Virus record (IMG/VR): IMGVR_UViG_3300009502_000019
From: a virus
Lineage: Duplodnaviria > Heunggongvirae > Uroviricota > Caudoviricetes
Length of the DNA stretch: 33,514 nt
Direction: 5' to 3' (one strand)
Position 1 is the first letter of the stretch. Each line of letters opens with the position of its first letter. Made by a program: the position numbers and the translations under genes. Positions 31,184 to 33,514 of this stretch are shown piece after piece. Under the pieces are notes generated by a model. It was not told where the DNA came from. It made no database searches and saw only the letters and a program-made list of their open reading frames with translations.

Positions 31184-33514
31184 CTAGTTCACCGTATAGG
31201 TAATCACTATAGTCCAAAACGCATTGAAGTCAATAGGATCCGCAGTCATCTCCAAGTAGATGATCTTACCAGCGGCCACAGATGTGGTAAGAGCACCACT
31301 GCTGAAGTAGCCGGCTGTTGTGTTGATGGTAGCTATCGTGACTGGGTTAGCACCAGGAAATGCGCCGCTTGTACCTTGGCCATCACAATAGCGGATTGTT
31401 CCTGCCAGCTGTGTGGTAGGTGATGCGAGGGAAGACTTAACTACGATGCTAGTAATAGTTATGCCGCTGGGATACGTTGTCGCAGCCAGCTCCATGTTCA
31501 GGAGCAACACGTGAGCGTCGTTTACATAAGCGCCCCTAAGATCGCCGGCCAACTGCAGAGTATACGGGATCTTGAGGTTCTTTGACGTGAGGTTACCGGA
31601 GATTGTTACGTTTCCCGAACCATCGGTATATATAAGACCGCCATCAAGTGACGTAGTTCCAGAAGCCGACAGTCCCGCCGACCCCTGACAAATATAAACC
31701 GTTGTACCTATACTGTTATTAAAAAAACCAGCCGCTTGATAAGTCACATCACATAAATTACCGGTAAAACCCATTCCTGTGTTCGAATCCTGGCAAGTTG
31801 AGGACACAGCCGTTCCAAAATACCCAAGATATGTCGTCGCATAATACGGATAGCTAGAATAGCCGAATGCGCCGGCGTAGCCGCCACCTCCATTCAAGTA
31901 CGCATAGGATTGGCCGCTTGTGTCCGAAAAAGTTGCCCCGCCTGTTGCTGTTAACTGCGTGTACGCGTTCGCAAACGACGCCGAACCGTCTCCATTTAAC
32001 GCGGATACAGCAGCGTAATAATAGCCATTAGACAGCGAAAACACCGGAGATCCAGTGCCTATGCTGTTGGCGTCAAACGCAACAAAACTGGTGCTGCCGC
32101 CGTACTGACCTAGCCAGATCGTTCCGGAATTTCCACCAATATTAATGTCTTTTCCACCGTAGCCCTTAAGGTAAATTGACCCGCTGTGAACTGGGTCCGG
32201 GGAGGCAATGTCCATGATTGAAACCGCATAATCCGTGGGAGTTATGTTGACCCCCGTCCCAATATAAATGCTGCTGTCCGCCCAAAGGGAAGTACCGTGA
32301 ATATCCCCCGCCACACCTATCGATGCCGTTATCGTAGTACTCAAGCCGGCACTGTACAAATAATTCTGGGAACTGCTATTAAAGACTCCGATGTGACCCA
32401 AGCTATCCACCACAAGCATTGCGGTGCTCGTGCTCGGATTTGGACTTGTGTAGATAATATTCGGTGCCGAAAGGTTACTCATGTCGACAATAGTCAAAGA
32501 CGAGTTGGCCCCCGTGATGTAGAGCAAGTTATCTCTGAAATAGAGGGCGTGGCCATTGACGTTTCCACCAGTAGTAGACTGGAACGCTCCCACTAATGTC
32601 GGTATTACCCCGGACACGTCGACGATGTATATATACCCGTTGCTGTAATTAGTGTCACCTAAAATATAGGCGATGTTCCCATCTAAAACGTGATCGAAAC
32701 AATTCCCATACAGGTTCAACGTTCCAGATAATGTCGGTACCCCCGACGATATCGTAAACTTCTGGATAAACCCTGTCTGCGAAACTACAGTCACGAATCC
32801 ACCACTGCTATACCTGACAGTACACGGACCGCTCGACGTACCAACTGTCGAAACAAGTGACGGTGTCACCTTGTTGCTAACGTTGTATGAAAGTAAGTTG
32901 TTATTGTTGTAGTCAGAAAAGAACGCATACGTGCCAGAGGGATCAACAGCTAGACCCTCACCCCACCCAGCAGTCGCGGTAGAACTCTTTAACGACGGCG
33001 CCAAGGGGTTCGCTAAGTCATAGATGAGAAACCGCCTTGAGCCAACAGCTGCTACCACATACATGTAACTACCAACAACAGCAACTCCCTCAAAGTCTGA
33101 GTTTGCACTGAATGCTGTAACGAGATTAAGCGTTGAGGCAGACGTATCGAAGATGTGCACATCCCCTGCACTGGCATCTTGGACGTACATGTAATTGCTG
33201 TAACTCGCTATACCGGCATTAACAGATACAGTGATGTTCGTACCCAGGACAGTAACCACAACTCCAGATGAGCCGCCACTTTGTATACCCTGATCAAATA
33301 TGGGAGCACCGTTGATAACGTGCTGTACCGGAGTTTGATCGAGATACATAACCCCCGCGGGCGTTGTGCCACTAAACCCGGAAAATCCCGAAAATCCGGA
33401 AAACCCACTCCAGGAAGAGTAACCACTGAACCCAGACCATGAAGAATATCCGCTAAATCCGGAAAACCCACTCCAGGAAGAGTAACCACTGAACCCAGAC
33501 CATGAAGAATATCC
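31184..33514 (-). CDS. Large fibre-like protein: SG[FY] collagen-like repeat, LVIVD beta-propeller, G/S-rich stalk (5' end beyond window)
   Basis: Frame stays open for 55 codons upstream of the track ATG to the window edge (GYSSWSGFSG...); LVIVD repeats e.g. FLIYDLANPLAPSL, LTIVDMSNLSAP. Confidence 0.75.
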   Translation of the reverse strand, partial: GYSSWSGFSGYSSWSGFSGFSGYSSWSGFSGYSSWSGFSGFSGFSGFSGTTPAGVMYLDQTPVQHVINGAPIFDQGIQSGGSSGVVVTVLGTNITVSVNAGIASYSNYMYVQDASAGDVHIFDTSASTLNLVTAFSANSDFEGVAVVGSYMYVVAAVGSRRFLIYDLANPLAPSLKSSTATAGWGEGLAVDPSGTYAFFSDYNNNNLLSYNVSNKVTPSLVSTVGTSSGPCTVRYSSGGFVTVVSQTGFIQKFTISSGVPTLSGTLNLYGNCFDHVLDGNIAYILGDTNYSNGYIYIVDVSGVIPTLVGAFQSTTGGNVNGHALYFRDNLLYITGANSSLTIVDMSNLSAPNIIYTSPNPSTSTAMLVVDSLGHIGVFNSSSQNYLYSAGLSTTITASIGVAGDIHGTSLWADSSIYIGTGVNITPTDYAVSIMDIASPDPVHSGSIYLKGYGGKDINIGGNSGTIWLGQYGGSTSFVAFDANSIGTGSPVFSLSNGYYYAAVSALNGDGSASFANAYTQLTATGGATFSDTSGQSYAYLNGGGGYAGAFGYSSYPYYATTYLGYFGTAVSSTCQDSNTGMGFTGNLCDVTYQAAGFFNNSIGTTVYICQGSAGLSASGTTSLDGGLIYTDGSGNVTISGNLTSKNLKIPYTLQLAGDLRGAYVNDAHVLLLNMELAATTYPSGITITSIVVKSSLASPTTQLAGTIRYCDGQGTSGAFPGANPVTIATINTTAGYFSSGALTTSVAAGKIIYLEMTADPIDFNAFWTIVITYTVN
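33392..33514. repeat. Coding tandem repeat, 60-bp perfect unit at 63-bp period
   Basis: 33392-33451 is identical to 33455-33514; encodes GYSSWSGFSGYSSWSGFSGF. Confidence 0.9.

Noticed and set aside
495-33489. Plus-strand and alternate-frame ORFs in the track (e.g. 495..779, 4851..5243, 6149..6571, 13243..13857, 25909..26475, 33208..33489)
   Set aside because: They are antisense or out-of-frame shadows of tRNAs, rnpB or well-supported minus-strand genes, with no recognisable motifs.
33392-33514. CRISPR array
   Set aside because: Tandem in-frame coding repeat with no unique spacers.
1-33514. Stop-codon recoding or suppressor tRNAs
   Set aside because: No CUA/UUA/UCA anticodons; genes are full-length under code 11 and TAG is used as a real stop.

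Overview
Almost entirely minus-strand segment, most likely of a large (jumbo-type) bacteriophage. Supporting signs are sigma70-type promoters, free-standing homing endonucleases, a DUF4326-like protein and fibre-like proteins. It has three modules. (1) 1-8311 is a ~8 kb tRNA array. It holds 24 intact tRNA genes, one anticodon-less tRNA remnant, an RNase P RNA (rnpB), a YrlA-like tRNA-mimic Y RNA, a CCA-adding enzyme and five HNH/GIY-YIG nucleases. It also has two near-consensus promoters, a leader-peptide attenuator candidate and boxA-like elements. Many tRNAs are non-canonical: long variable arms on Ile(UAU), Cys(GCA) and a CAU tRNA, and strictly co-varying D/T-loop elbow bases. (2) 8325-22893 is a ~14.5 kb glycan synthesis/decoration cluster: gmd, DegT-type aminotransferase, acyltransferase, methyltransferases, cupin, GT10-like, GT2/GT7-like and CgeB-like glycosyltransferases, and a LicD / PK-barrel / PQ-loop / cytidylyltransferase block. 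(3) 22943-33514 has small membrane proteins, a CAP-domain protein, more transferases and three large Gly/Ser/Thr-rich virion-fibre-like proteins. The last is truncated by the window edge and carries SG[FY] collagen-like and LVIVD repeats. All calls come from manual reading; no database searches were run.
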